Below, in pieces: positions 27,407 to 38,353 of a stretch of 49,854 bases of DNA; position 1 is the stretch's first letter; each line of letters opens with the position of its first letter. The DNA lies in NCBI GenBank assembly GCA_043812495.1, contig JBDRMG010000057.1:1-49854 (forward strand). The letters are read 5' to 3'. A program made the position numbers and the translations under genes. A model generated the notes under the pieces. That model saw only the letters and a program-made list of their open reading frames with translations, was not told the origin of the DNA and made no database searches. This DNA is from Candidatus Omnitrophota bacterium. Its GTDB lineage: Bacteria; Omnitrophota; Gorgyraeia; Zapsychrales; JBDRMG01.

Positions 27407-28597
27407 TTAAATTTCTCTCCAAGCCGTGGGTGTTGTTTGGTATTCAACGGTTTGTTGTCCTTCGCCGCTTCCCATGATGAGCCCCTCAAAGCCCGGAGGA
27501 AGTTCTTCCAGAATCGATTCATCATAGTTGAATTCTTTCCAAGCCAAGGTCTCTTTGACATAAATTCTATCATTTCCGATGAGGCTGCCGTGGGTAGATG
27601 AAATGTCAAGAACATCGCGCAAATACGCATAACTATGGGAAAACGTTAAGCCGTCATGAGCGCTTACAAGAGCAGCCGGCTCATAATAATCACTCCAGGC
27701 AATGACATTCAACTTTGAGTCTTCTACGCCGATTTGTAAAGGTTGAATGTAATTAACCGACCCTGTCGAGATAATGGTTATATTCTGATTATCCTGCCAT
27801 GTCGCATCAAAGACAATGTTCACGTCACCGCCCCCCGGTGAATCACCCTCAACGAAAATAATCTTTTTTCCGCTAAAGTCAGCGTTAGGGGTGATTGTTA
27901 GAGTTCCGTTTCCAAGAAAATAGGCAACCTCCCCTTCAGGATACTGACTGATCAAATTGCGATTGAATTGTACAAAATCGACGAATTCATTAGGTGCGCT
28001 TGTTCCAACGCCGCGATCCACAAGATCTTGATCCAAGCTGTCATTGAGATCGGGATAGGTTAATATCGTTTCTTCAGAGCTAACATCCTCCACTAAATCA
28101 TCAAAATTGCCTGTAAGGTTCTTTCCTAAGTCGTCATAAACTCCTGAGCAGCGAGCCTTCCCGTGAACATTCATAACACCTAAATTTCCATCAAGATCGA
28201 TATTGCCCGCCGTTGACATAGTGTTATCAAAGATGGATAGCGGAACAACAGGAAAATCAATTTGGACTTGTTTTCGGATGCCATTGACGATACTCGAGGA
28301 TGTAACCGTTCGGACAGTCATATCATCCGCTTTGGCTAAGCTTACAGAATAGTTCCCCACGCTAAAATAGCCTATATTGCTGCCATCCAGCAAAGTCGTA
28401 TCTTCAATGAATCGCTGGACTCCCGCTTCGGCCAGCCAAAAGGCTTTAGCGGAATCACGGTAGCGTCTCGCATGGTTCAGCTCATTAACGGAAGATAGGG
28501 CAAATCCCGCTGTCATTGAAATCAAGACAGTCAAGAAAATGTAAGTTGTGATAAGGATAAATCCTTCCTTATTTCTTAGTTTCCCTTGTTTTTTCAT
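27407..28597 (-). CDS. PilX-like minor pilin/assembly protein
   Basis: GFILIT class III signal, AFWLAEAG motif, C-terminal WREI. Confidence 0.85.
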   Translation of the reverse strand: MKKQGKLRNKEGFILITTYIFLTVLISMTAGFALSSVNELNHARRYRDSAKAFWLAEAGVQRFIEDTTLLDGSNIGYFSVGNYSVSLAKADDMTVRTVTSSSIVNGIRKQVQIDFPVVPLSIFDNTMSTAGNIDLDGNLGVMNVHGKARCSGVYDDLGKNLTGNFDDLVEDVSSEETILTYPDLNDSLDQDLVDRGVGTSAPNEFVDFVQFNRNLISQYPEGEVAYFLGNGTLTITPNADFSGKKIIFVEGDSPGGGDVNIVFDATWQDNQNITIISTGSVNYIQPLQIGVEDSKLNVIAWSDYYEPAALVSAHDGLTFSHSYAYLRDVLDISSTHGSLIGNDRIYVKETLAWKEFNYDESILEELPPGFEGLIMGSGEGQQTVEYQTTPTAWREI

Positions 28598-28624
28598 TTT
28601 AGGTCCCCTTTGTTCAGTGCCTTG

Positions 28625-29107
28625 TTATGTTCTTAAGGTAACCTTCTTCTTTAAATTCAGACTGATCGGATTGCCGTTGGGCGGAGTCGCGCTTGCCGTA
28701 ACATTGATCGTTACAGACGTTGTATTATCAATAAATGAAAGAGCGGAAATATCATGGGCGATCACATTGTCATTTCTCAGTATTTGATTTGCTTGAGCGC
28801 CTGACGTTGCCCAGGCGAACGTAATAGCTCCATAACCATCGCGACTAAAATTCACCTCAACGTTATTCGCATCTTGCGTAACGATCGAGAAATTTTCTGC
28901 CTCTCGAAGTTCGCGAGCCAGTGTCACTAGTGCCTGCCTTGCTTGCCGCTGAACTTCGGTGGAACACTGATATTGTTGCCAAGACAAATTACCCGTAGAA
29001 AAGCTCGAGTAAAGCAAGCTAACAACAAAGATAATAATAGCAACAGTAAAAAGCACTTCCACGAGTGAAAAACCGAAATTATTATTAAAGAACGACCTTT
29101 TTCTCAT
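28625..29107 (-). CDS. PilW-like prepilin
   Basis: GFSLVEV cleavage motif, RELREA. Confidence 0.88.
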   Translation of the reverse strand: MRKRSFFNNNFGFSLVEVLFTVAIIIFVVSLLYSSFSTGNLSWQQYQCSTEVQRQARQALVTLARELREAENFSIVTQDANNVEVNFSRDGYGAITFAWATSGAQANQILRNDNVIAHDISALSFIDNTTSVTINVTASATPPNGNPISLNLKKKVTLRT

Positions 29108-29133
29108 TAGGATAACCTTTTTATGCTCACAAT

Positions 29134-29529
29134 TTATGGCAATGTGCTGTTGGCGATTTGCGTTGTCAATCCAACATTGCCTGTTCGCCCATCTCTAGTC
29201 CAACTGACCGTTGTTTCAATAGCAAGAGGATCATCCTCGGCATTAACCAAAATAACAACGGACTCACTTGGTAACGTATTCAAACCTTCTGACTGCACCC
29301 ATCCGCTCCAATAATCTCCATTGACCAGATCACTATACGACGTTGTCCTCATCTCTTCTAAGATGTATTCTGCATGGGTCGTTGCCAGGGTTATGTCTCT
29401 TGCGTATTCACCGGCCTTAATAGAATTTGTAAAGAACAAAAGAGCACTGAGCATTCCAAGGACGATGACAAACATAGCAACCAAAAGTTCCGCTAAAGTC
29501 ATACCGCTTGAAACTCTATTTTGTCTCAT
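29134..29529 (-). CDS. PilV-like prepilin
   Basis: GMTLAEL cleavage motif, LEEMR, VSW. Confidence 0.88.
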   Translation of the reverse strand: MRQNRVSSGMTLAELLVAMFVIVLGMLSALLFFTNSIKAGEYARDITLATTHAEYILEEMRTTSYSDLVNGDYWSGWVQSEGLNTLPSESVVILVNAEDDPLAIETTVSWTRDGRTGNVGLTTQIANSTLP

Positions 29530-29546
29530 AAAAAACCTCTAATAAC

Positions 29547-29575
29547 AAAAAAATCCTGTCAACAGGTTGACAGGA
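29547..29575 (-). terminator. intrinsic terminator in the pilin operon leader (likely riboswitch expression platform)
   Basis: TCCTGTCAAC stem followed by T7 on the minus strand, between aptamer and start codon. Confidence 0.75.
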
Positions 29576-29626
29576 AGTTACATTATCGCAAAATCCGATT
29601 CTCAACAAATCAATCGGCATTTGTTT

Positions 29627-29950
29627 GAATAATGCAACCCAGCTGTCTTAATGAGCGCATCACTTGCTGAGTCCGCATTGTTTCAGTGGCGGACGAAGTA
29701 AGTGATAAGCGCGAATTAACCCTTGACATTTTGCAAAAACAAAATGTCAAGGGTCAAATTCCGGCATGCAAATTACGTCACTTCGTTCCGTAAGTTGCGC
29801 CGTCATATGAAGACCTGTGGCTTTGCCTCAACTATCGGTCCTGCAGAGAGTTGAGATCCCTTTAAGGGACGTCCTACCCTTTCGAGTTCCGCCAAAATTA
29901 TTGGCGGATCCGCTGATGTTTAGTAGCGGAAGTTTGCCTTTATATTATCC
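29627..29950 (-). ncRNA. c-di-GMP-I (GEMM) riboswitch interrupted by three hairpin insertions
   Basis: removing 29651-29806, 29826-29869 and 29888-29930 gives GGATAATATAAAGGCAAACTACTCGAAAGGGTAGGACGCAAAGCCACAGGTCTTCATTAAGACAGCTGGGTTGCATTATTC. Confidence 0.88.
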
Positions 29951-30001
29951 ACTATATAAGTATAACATGTCTATCGAAAAAAGAAGTATTTTTGAGAAAT
30001 T

Positions 30002-32632
30002 TTAAAGTAATTCAGAAAGCGTTTTCTTGAGCTCTTTGAATTTGATTTGGATGGATTCCAAGCGGAGCCTTTCCTTTTGGATGACTTCTTGGGGAGCTTT
30101 CTTGAGGAATTCCTTATTTTTGAGGCGCTTAAGAAGACCCTTTCGCATATTCGTTTGTGCTTCTATTTGGGCCTCAAGGTTCTTCTTTTCTTTGGCCAAA
30201 TCAACGATATCTGTTAAGGGAATATAAAATTTAATCTTGCCGGCGAGTCCGGTGACCGAACCCTTTGGCTTTGTCATTTTTGACTTAATGGTCACCGTTT
30301 CGATTCTTCCGAGATTTTGGATGATGGAAGAATTCTCTTTGAGCAAAGAAGCCTGCTTTTTAATCGGGCATTGAGCGAGACACGCTATCTTGGCGGTTGG
30401 CTCTACATGCCATTGGGCGCGGATATTGCGGATAGTCGAAATCAGTTCAATCATCGTTTCCATGTCCCCTTGCGCCGACTTATCCAAGAGGGATTTCTGA
30501 ATCTTAGGCCAAGGGTAAAGCGCAAGGGAATCTTTGTTGTCCGTGAGATGATGCCAAATCTCTTCTGTGACAAAAGGCATGAAGGGATGCAGAATCCTCA
30601 ACGACTGCTCCAAGACGTGATACGCAACCGATTGAATGTCGCTTTGGTTAAAACGGTCTTTAATGATTTCCAAATACCAGTCGCAATAATTTTTCCAGAA
30701 GAACTCATAAATCAGATTCTCGGCTTCGGAGAATCGGTAGTGCTCGATCGCCTTGTTGATCTTTTCAAGGGCGCAAGTCAATTGCGATAAAATCCACCGG
30801 CTGGGTAAATCAAGAGTTTTTAAGGATAATCCCTCGATGGGCTTAATCTTTTCTTTTTGAATATTCATGAGCGCCAATCGCGAGGCGTTCCAGATTTTAT
30901 TGGCAAAATTACGGCCGATTTCGAATTTCTCTTTGGAAATAAAAAGGTCTTGCCCTGAGTTAATGATGAGGCTAAAGCGCAGTGCATCGGCCCCGTAATC
31001 TTTGATAATTTCCAAAGGGTCGATGGCGTTGCCCAGAGATTTAGACATTTTTAATCCCTTGGCGTCCCGAACGGTCCCGTGAATATAGACGTCCGAGAAC
31101 GGAATGTCGCCCTTAAATTCCAAGCCTGCCATAATCATGCGAGCAACCCAGAAGAAAATGATTTCGGACGCCGTAAACAAGGACGATGTCGGATAAAAGA
31201 AATCAAGATCTTCGTTTTTTTGCGGCCAGCCAAACGTGGCCAGCGGCCAGAGCCATGAAGAAAACCACGTGTCCAATACATCCTCATCTTGATGAAGGTT
31301 TCTGGATTGACATTGGGGACAGCATTCCGGGGTATCCGCCGAGACGATTATATTTTTATCATCCGGGCAATCTTGGCAGTACCAGACGGGGATGCGGTGG
31401 CCCCACCAGATTTGCCGCGAAATGCACCAATCACGGATATTATCCATCCAATTCAAATAGACTTTGCTCCAGCGTGCGGGAAAGAATTTGATTTTGTTTT
31501 TTCTGACCACTTCAGTAGCCGGTTTGGCCAAAGGTTTCATTTTGACAAACCATTGCTTGGAAAGATAAGGCTCAATCACCGAATGACATCGATAGCAGTG
31601 TCCGACGGCATGCGTGTGAGGCTCGATCTTTTCAATGAGCTTCTGTTCTTTGAGTTCTTCGACAATAGCTTCTCTGGCTTCAAAGCGATCCATGTTGCAA
31701 AAATCACCGGCATTTTCATTGAGACGCGCGTCCGGATGCATGATGTTAACGAACTTCAGCTGATGACGCTGGCCCATGAGAAAATCGTTGGGATCATGCG
31801 CCGGGGTCACCTTAACGGCGCCAGTTCCGAATTTCGGGTCAACAAATTCATCCGCAAGAATTTTTATTTCTCTTTTCATCAAAGGCAAGATCAACGCTTT
31901 GCCGATGAGATTTTTGTAGCGTTTATCTTTGGGATGGACCGCAACCGCTGTATCACCAAGCATGGTTTCCGGCCGGGTGGTCGCGACCACAACATAATCT
32001 TGGGGATGATCTTTCAGTGGATAGCGAATGTAATACAGAGCCCCTTGCGTTTCTCTGTGTTCGGATTCTTCGTCCGACAAAGCTGTTTCGCAGCGCGGAC
32101 ACCAGTTGATGATATATTGACCGCGGTAAATCAAGCCTTTTTCATAGAGCTTCACAAAAACAGTTTTGACGGCCCTTGAGTAGCCTTCGTCCATTGTGAA
32201 GCGCGTACGCGGCCAATCACAGGAGCATCCCAGTCTTTCCAATTGGCGGATAATGGTATCGCCATATTCTTGCTTCCATTGCCAAAGGCGTTTCAAAAAT
32301 TCTTCACGCCCAACATCGTGACGGGTTTTTCCTTCTTTGGCGAGCTGTTTCTCGACAACATTCTGAGTGGCAATTCCGGCATGATCCGTGCCCGGCATCC
32401 AGCAGGTTTCAAATCCCTGCATGCGTTTAAAGCGAATGGTGATATCCTGGAGGGTGTTGTTGAGGGCATGGCCCATATGCAGGATGCCCGTGACATTGGG
32501 CGGTGGAATCACGATGCAATACGGTTTTTTGGATGGATTGGCTTTGGCGTGAAAAGTGTTGTGCTCTTTCCAAAACTTCAGCCACTTCTCTTCCGTTTCC
32601 TGTGGATTATAGCGAGTGGATAGTTCGACCAT
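30002..32632 (-). CDS. valS: valine--tRNA ligase
   Basis: PPPNVTGILHMGH, WCISRQIWWGH, DVLDTWFSS, KMSKS, C-terminal coiled coil. Confidence 0.98.
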   Translation of the reverse strand: MVELSTRYNPQETEEKWLKFWKEHNTFHAKANPSKKPYCIVIPPPNVTGILHMGHALNNTLQDITIRFKRMQGFETCWMPGTDHAGIATQNVVEKQLAKEGKTRHDVGREEFLKRLWQWKQEYGDTIIRQLERLGCSCDWPRTRFTMDEGYSRAVKTVFVKLYEKGLIYRGQYIINWCPRCETALSDEESEHRETQGALYYIRYPLKDHPQDYVVVATTRPETMLGDTAVAVHPKDKRYKNLIGKALILPLMKREIKILADEFVDPKFGTGAVKVTPAHDPNDFLMGQRHQLKFVNIMHPDARLNENAGDFCNMDRFEAREAIVEELKEQKLIEKIEPHTHAVGHCYRCHSVIEPYLSKQWFVKMKPLAKPATEVVRKNKIKFFPARWSKVYLNWMDNIRDWCISRQIWWGHRIPVWYCQDCPDDKNIIVSADTPECCPQCQSRNLHQDEDVLDTWFSSWLWPLATFGWPQKNEDLDFFYPTSSLFTASEIIFFWVARMIMAGLEFKGDIPFSDVYIHGTVRDAKGLKMSKSLGNAIDPLEIIKDYGADALRFSLIINSGQDLFISKEKFEIGRNFANKIWNASRLALMNIQKEKIKPIEGLSLKTLDLPSRWILSQLTCALEKINKAIEHYRFSEAENLIYEFFWKNYCDWYLEIIKDRFNQSDIQSVAYHVLEQSLRILHPFMPFVTEEIWHHLTDNKDSLALYPWPKIQKSLLDKSAQGDMETMIELISTIRNIRAQWHVEPTAKIACLAQCPIKKQASLLKENSSIIQNLGRIETVTIKSKMTKPKGSVTGLAGKIKFYIPLTDIVDLAKEKKNLEAQIEAQTNMRKGLLKRLKNKEFLKKAPQEVIQKERLRLESIQIKFKELKKTLSELL

Positions 32633-32661
32633 CGTAGGTTATGAATTACCGCCAGAGTGCC

Positions 32662-34236
32662 TTAGGTATCTTTTTTCTTATCTTTCATCAATTTATATTC
32701 GATGCTGTCGACCAAGGCTTGCCAGCTGGCCTCGATGATATTTTCGTGGACCCCGACGGTAGTCCAGGAATCTGTTTCGTCTTGCGATTCGATCAAGACA
32801 CGCACCTTGGCCGCTGTTCCCGACGTTGTATCCAAGACGCGCACCTTAAAGTCAGACAGATGCATTTTGTCGATACCCGGATAAAACTTATGCAGGGCTT
32901 TGCGCAACGCCTTGTCCAGGGCGTCCACCGGACCGTCTCCTTCAGAGGCCGTAAACTCTTCATGGTTCTTAATTTTCAAGCGCATGGACGCCTCGGCAAA
33001 AACACGGCCGTCGTAACGTTTTTCGACAGTGACTTTGAATCCTTCCAGCTTAAAGAAACGATCGATTTTCTTGAAAGCCCGCTTCATAAAAAGCTCGAAA
33101 GACGCATCCGCCGCCTCAAATTGATATCCATCATGCTCTTTGGCTTGGAGATCTTTCAAAATTTTCTTGGCTTGAGGCGATTTCTTATCTAGCTGCATAT
33201 CCATTTGTTGGGCCTTGAGAACAATCGGCATTTTTCCGGCCAGTTCGCTTGTGAGAAATCGTCGATGATTTCCGACGACTTGCGGATCGACATGTTCGTA
33301 CGCCGAGAGATTCTTGATCATGGCGTCGATATGCACGCCTCCTTTATGGGCAAAGGCCGAATGACCCACAAACGGGTGATTGTCCGGAAGTTTAGCGTTG
33401 CTGATTTCACTTAAGAAATAGGACGTTTCCGTAAGATGTTTTACGCGATCCGACGGAATGGATTTGAGGCCCATTTTTGTATGCAGGATGCCGATGATGG
33501 TGCACAGATCCGCGTTGCCGCAGCGCTCACCCAGCCCGTTAAAAGTCCCTTGTACCTGGGTGCATCCTGATGTAATCGCTGTGATACTGTTGGCCACGGC
33601 TAAACCCAAATCATTATGGGCATGAATCCCTAAAGGAACTTTCATGTGGGGTTTAACGGCATGGATCATATCTTGAATTTCCTGAGAAAGCGAACCCCCG
33701 TTGGTATCGCATAAAATAATGGCATCAGCCCCTGCCTCTTGGGCCGCCAAAATCGTCTTTAAAGAATACTCGGGATTTTTCTTATAACCGTCAAAGAAAT
33801 GCTCGGCATCGTAATAGACGGTGCGCTTCTTTTTCTTCAGATAGTCGACGGATTCGGCGATCATGGCAAGATTTTCTTCCAAGGTTGTTTTGATTACTTC
33901 CCGAACATGAAAATCCCATGTTTTCCCAAAAATGGTAATGATTTTTGTTTGCGATCGTACCAATTCTCGCAAATTGTTGTCCTCATCCGCCTTGATTTTC
34001 GCCCTTCGGGTTGATCCAAAAGAAGCCAGAATGCTATTTTTTAGGCTCTTTTTCTGCATGAGCTTAAAAAACTCCTTGTCCTTGGGGTTAGAGCCCGGCC
34101 ACCCGCCTTCGATGACATGAATACCCAGAGTATCTAGCTTCTTTGCGATTTTGATTTTATCATTCACAGAGAACGAAATGCCTTCTGTTTGAGAACCGTC
34201 TCTGAGAGTCGTATCATAAATTTCAATACGCGACAT
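32662..34236 (-). CDS. cimA: citramalate synthase
   Basis: [52 protein letters not shown]. Confidence 0.92.
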   Translation of the reverse strand: MSRIEIYDTTLRDGSQTEGISFSVNDKIKIAKKLDTLGIHVIEGGWPGSNPKDKEFFKLMQKKSLKNSILASFGSTRRAKIKADEDNNLRELVRSQTKIITIFGKTWDFHVREVIKTTLEENLAMIAESVDYLKKKKRTVYYDAEHFFDGYKKNPEYSLKTILAAQEAGADAIILCDTNGGSLSQEIQDMIHAVKPHMKVPLGIHAHNDLGLAVANSITAITSGCTQVQGTFNGLGERCGNADLCTIIGILHTKMGLKSIPSDRVKHLTETSYFLSEISNAKLPDNHPFVGHSAFAHKGGVHIDAMIKNLSAYEHVDPQVVGNHRRFLTSELAGKMPIVLKAQQMDMQLDKKSPQAKKILKDLQAKEHDGYQFEAADASFELFMKRAFKKIDRFFKLEGFKVTVEKRYDGRVFAEASMRLKIKNHEEFTASEGDGPVDALDKALRKALHKFYPGIDKMHLSDFKVRVLDTTSGTAAKVRVLIESQDETDSWTTVGVHENIIEASWQALVDSIEYKLMKDKKKDT

Positions 34237-34237
34237 G

Positions 34238-35464
34238 TCAGGGCTTCCTTTCCAAATTAAATTTTTTATGCAAAGCGCGCACAGCCTTAACGGAGAGTTT
34301 GCGCTCAATAATGCAGGAAATACTGATTTCTGAGGTCGAAATCATTTCAATATTGATTTTGTTGTCGGCCAAGGCCTGAAACATCTTGGCGGCAATCCCC
34401 TGATGCGACCGCATCCCGGAACCCACGATCGAAATGCGCGCAATGCTGTCATCGTAAAGAACTTCACCAGCCTTGATTTTCCGGGCCGTTTCTCGGGTGG
34501 CGCGCAGGGCTTTATTCAATTCTGCTTTGGGGACGGTGAAAGAAATATCCGTCTGACGCGTATGGCTGACGTTTTGAACGATGGTGTCCACATTGATGCC
34601 TGCTTTGGATATGGCCGTAAAAATGCGCGCAGCGACTCCCGGCTTGTCCGGCACAGAACAAATGGTTATTTTGGCTTCTGATTTATTGATGGTTACGCCG
34701 CGCACTTCAACCCCTTCTAATTTTTTATTCGCCCGAACGATCATGGTCCCTTCCTCCTTAGAAAAACTTGATCTCACATGAATGGGTATATTGAATCGCT
34801 TGGCGACTTCGATGGAGCGCGGTTGCATCACCTGGGCGCCCAAAGCCGCCATTTCCAACATTTCATCATAAGTAATTAAGTCGATTTTCTTTGCTCGCGC
34901 CTCGATACGCGGATCGGTTGTGTAAATACCTTTAACGTCAGTAAAAATTTCACAAACTAAAGCATTGAGCGTTATGGCCAGGGCCACCGCCGTCAAGTCA
35001 GAACCGCCGCGTCCGAGTGTTGTGATTTCGTCATTTTGGGTGACGCCTTGAAATCCCGCGACAATAACAATTTTATTCTCTGCCAGGGCATTTTTGATTC
35101 TCTTGGCGTCGATTTTGACAATTCTCGCTTTGGTGTGCGTTTTATCCGTCTTGATGCCCACTTGCGCTCCGGTAAGCGAAATGGCATCATACCCCAGTTT
35201 CTTGATGGCCATGGCTAAAAGCGCACAAGAAATCTGCTCGCCGGTTGATATCAACATGTCTGTTTCTCTTTCCGGCGGATTGTTTGTGATCTGGGAGGCC
35301 AGGTCAAGAAGCTCATCGGTCGTGTCCCCCAGCGCCGAGACAACGACGACAAGATCACTTCTGTTGCTTTTATAAGAAACAACGCGCTTGGCGACCTCTT
35401 TGATACGATCGGTATTAGCAACGGATGACCCGCCGAATTTCTGAACGATGATGGTTTTATTCAT
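34238..35464 (-). CDS. lysC: aspartate kinase
   Basis: QKFGGSS, TTLGRGGSD, two ACT domains, ISTSEISIS. Confidence 0.96.
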   Translation of the reverse strand: MNKTIIVQKFGGSSVANTDRIKEVAKRVVSYKSNRSDLVVVVSALGDTTDELLDLASQITNNPPERETDMLISTGEQISCALLAMAIKKLGYDAISLTGAQVGIKTDKTHTKARIVKIDAKRIKNALAENKIVIVAGFQGVTQNDEITTLGRGGSDLTAVALAITLNALVCEIFTDVKGIYTTDPRIEARAKKIDLITYDEMLEMAALGAQVMQPRSIEVAKRFNIPIHVRSSFSKEEGTMIVRANKKLEGVEVRGVTINKSEAKITICSVPDKPGVAARIFTAISKAGINVDTIVQNVSHTRQTDISFTVPKAELNKALRATRETARKIKAGEVLYDDSIARISIVGSGMRSHQGIAAKMFQALADNKINIEMISTSEISISCIIERKLSVKAVRALHKKFNLERKP

Positions 35465-35530
35465 AACCTGTTCCTGTTGTAAGTTGAATCTTTAAATTGT
35501 AACACAAACTCAAATGGTTTCTAAAAATAT

Positions 35531-37147
35531 TTATGAATGCTGACGTTTAATTCTTCTGTAGGTCTCAAATATCTCTTTGATCAAGAAAAGCGCTGAACCC
35601 ATCAGGACAATGGAAATCAAGGCCAGCAGATAATCCTTGTGCTTGATATAATTTGTTAATTGAATTCCAAGAGCGCTGCAGGATGTCAAAAGCATAAAAA
35701 CGGCCGGAATTAGCGAATAAAGCGTTGGACGCTTCTTTATAAGAAGCCAACTGGTAATAACCAGAAGGGCCAAGGCCGCCACCAATTGATTCGAGGCGCC
35801 GAAGGCCGGCCAGATCCTCTGCCAAATCGGATTATTGGCTGTATCTTTTCCCATCGCCAATGCCCCGGCCAGCACGATGATCAAAATCGTCGATAAATAG
35901 CGATTCTTGATGGTAAATAATTCTTCGGTGACATAGCGTGTGATGCGCGTTGCCGAATCCAGCGTCGTTAAAATAAACACATTGAGAATGGTCAAGGCAA
36001 TAAATCCTCCGTACGGGCCCAAAAAGGATTGCGTCATATGACCAAAACTCAAACCGTAGATACGCACGGGAGTGGTTTTCTGAATAATATGCTGATGAAA
36101 TTCAGCCGCACTCAACCCTCCGACCACGATGACGACGACTAAAGCCGCCAGGAAGCCTTCTAAGAGCATAGCGCCGAATCCTATTCTTTTGGCATGGCAT
36201 TCATTCGCGATTTGCTTGGATGTCGTTCCCGAGGAAATCAACGAATGAAAACCCGAATTAGCGCCGCAGGCCACCGTAATAAACATCATGGGCCACAAAA
36301 AACCGATCGAACTTTGAGCGCTAATAAAAACTGGTGCGTTCATGGCCGGATGGCTCACCAAGATACCCGCGAGGCCAACCAAAATCCCTGCGATCAGAAG
36401 GAAGCTCGAGAGATAATCTCTGGGCTGAAGCAAAATATTGACGGGAACAATGGATGCAAAAAAGCAATAAATGAGAAGAATGATAAGCCAGAAATTTTGT
36501 GCATTGCCGGTGACTGTGACGGGCACCTTATTTCCGAGAGCGATCAAACCAACGAGCGCGCACAATCCGGCGATCGTAACCGCAACGGAATTCAATTTAA
36601 AACGATATAGGCCAAGTCCTACCAAAACAGCCACAGGGATAATTCCTAAAGAAGGAATCACAATTTTCGGTTGAGTCACCAGGGTGTCTGCGCCCAAATA
36701 AGCAAACACAGCGATGACCAAAATCAGTGCGAGCCAAATAAAAACAGATAAAATGATTTTGGCCTTATGGGAAATAGATTTTGAAGCGATGTCCCCGATG
36801 GTCACGCCCTCTTCTCTGATCGAGATGATCAGTGAGCCAAAATCATGAATGCCGCCAAAGAAAATGGCGCCCAGAATGACCCAAACAAGCACCGGCCCCC
36901 AACCCCACAGCATGACTCCGATGATCGGGCCGATGATGGGCCCGGCACCGGCAATTGATGAAAAGTGATGGCCGAAAAGGACAAGCCAATTCCTCGCCGG
37001 AACATAATCCACGCCGTCAAATTTTGTAATGGCCGGCGTTGGCCGCTTTGGGTCAATCTGCCAAATACTTTCGATTTTCTTGGCATAAAATAGATAGGCC
37101 AGACAAAAAATAAAGGCCGTTAGAAGAATAATAAAAACCGTGTTCAT
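35531..37147 (-). CDS. cstA: carbon starvation protein A family transporter
   Basis: DGVDYVP, GHHFSSIAGAGPI, ACGANSGFH, TTLDSATR, FGASNQL. Confidence 0.93.
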   Translation of the reverse strand: MNTVFIILLTAFIFCLAYLFYAKKIESIWQIDPKRPTPAITKFDGVDYVPARNWLVLFGHHFSSIAGAGPIIGPIIGVMLWGWGPVLVWVILGAIFFGGIHDFGSLIISIREEGVTIGDIASKSISHKAKIILSVFIWLALILVIAVFAYLGADTLVTQPKIVIPSLGIIPVAVLVGLGLYRFKLNSVAVTIAGLCALVGLIALGNKVPVTVTGNAQNFWLIILLIYCFFASIVPVNILLQPRDYLSSFLLIAGILVGLAGILVSHPAMNAPVFISAQSSIGFLWPMMFITVACGANSGFHSLISSGTTSKQIANECHAKRIGFGAMLLEGFLAALVVVIVVGGLSAAEFHQHIIQKTTPVRIYGLSFGHMTQSFLGPYGGFIALTILNVFILTTLDSATRITRYVTEELFTIKNRYLSTILIIVLAGALAMGKDTANNPIWQRIWPAFGASNQLVAALALLVITSWLLIKKRPTLYSLIPAVFMLLTSCSALGIQLTNYIKHKDYLLALISIVLMGSALFLIKEIFETYRRIKRQHS

Positions 37148-37150
37148 GAC

Positions 37151-38353
37151 TTAGAGATACCTACGCATAAAATGTTCCATCATGGCTTCGCCGCTTTTGA
37201 ATTTCAATCCCTGTTTTTTGCCCGTGGCTTCGCTATAGTTCTCTGCCTCATCTTTCTGGATCCCTTTACCGAACATCACAAAAGGAACGGCTTCAGCGGT
37301 ATGCGTACGTTTTTCAACGGGTGTGACATGATCAGGGCAGACCAAAATTCTGACATCGTCATATCGGTTGAAGTAATCGAGAACCGTTCCGACTACGTCT
37401 CGGTCAAATCGTTCGATGCATTGTATTTTCATTTTATAATCGCCGTTGTGTCCGGCCTCATCCGTTGCTTCGACATGCACAAAAACAAAATCTTTGTCGG
37501 CAAGCGAATTAAGGGCGTACTCGGCTTTGCCTTTGAAATTCGTGTCGTAATAGCCGGTTGCGCCGGGCACACTGATTACCTGAAGACCGATGAGCTTTCC
37601 GATCCCATTGACTAAATCCACCGCTGAGATTACCGAACCTTGGACACCGAATTTCTCCATAAAAGACGGTAATTGAGGCCTTGCACCCTGGCCCCACAAC
37701 CAAATCATATTGGCCGGATTCTCTTTGAGGTCAATGCGCACCTGATTCTCCGGATGGTTATTTAAAATATTTTTCGATTGCTCCATGAGACTTAGTAAAA
37801 CTTCGGATTCCTTTCCTCGCGGAAGAAATTCTTTGATTTCTTTATCTAAAATATCATGCGGGGCCGTGCACTGGATTTTTAGAAAATCATTTTTGCGCAT
37901 CGTTTTCAACACAAGAAGATGGCGGTAACTTTTTCCGACATAAAATTTTGAATTGGACTGCCTGATCTCTTTGCTTAGAGCTGAAATGAGCTCTGAAGCC
38001 TCTTTCGTGGGGATGTGACCGGCGCTGTAGTCGATCATGCGTCCCGCTTCGACGGTTACGAGATTGCAGCGAAAGGCCACCTCATCATCCGCGAGCCGGA
38101 TATCGAGATTGGCCGCTTCCAACGGCGCGCGGCCGAAATAATATTTCTTCGGATCATAACCGAGCAGAGCGAGATTTCCGATATCCGAACCCGGTTTCAT
38201 TTTTGGCGGAATTGTTTGTACAAGACCCGTAAATCCGTTCTGGGCCAGAAAGTCCATGTTGGTCGTGCGCGCCACTTCAAGCGGAGTTTTTCCGCCCAAC
38301 TCAGAGATCGGATAATCGGCCACACCGTCAGGAACTAAGACAATGTATTTCAT
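37151..38353 (-). CDS. cofactor-independent phosphoglycerate mutase family (ApgM-like; proposed homoserine kinase subgroup)
   Basis: DGVAD, PGSD, GRAPLEAA, HVEATDEAGH, DHVTP. Confidence 0.9.
   Translation of the reverse strand: MKYIVLVPDGVADYPISELGGKTPLEVARTTNMDFLAQNGFTGLVQTIPPKMKPGSDIGNLALLGYDPKKYYFGRAPLEAANLDIRLADDEVAFRCNLVTVEAGRMIDYSAGHIPTKEASELISALSKEIRQSNSKFYVGKSYRHLLVLKTMRKNDFLKIQCTAPHDILDKEIKEFLPRGKESEVLLSLMEQSKNILNNHPENQVRIDLKENPANMIWLWGQGARPQLPSFMEKFGVQGSVISAVDLVNGIGKLIGLQVISVPGATGYYDTNFKGKAEYALNSLADKDFVFVHVEATDEAGHNGDYKMKIQCIERFDRDVVGTVLDYFNRYDDVRILVCPDHVTPVEKRTHTAEAVPFVMFGKGIQKDEAENYSEATGKKQGLKFKSGEAMMEHFMRRYL

Noticed and set aside
31289..32179. 296-aa + strand ORF and other long antisense ORFs
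   Set aside because: Shadow frames opposite well-conserved genes such as valS.
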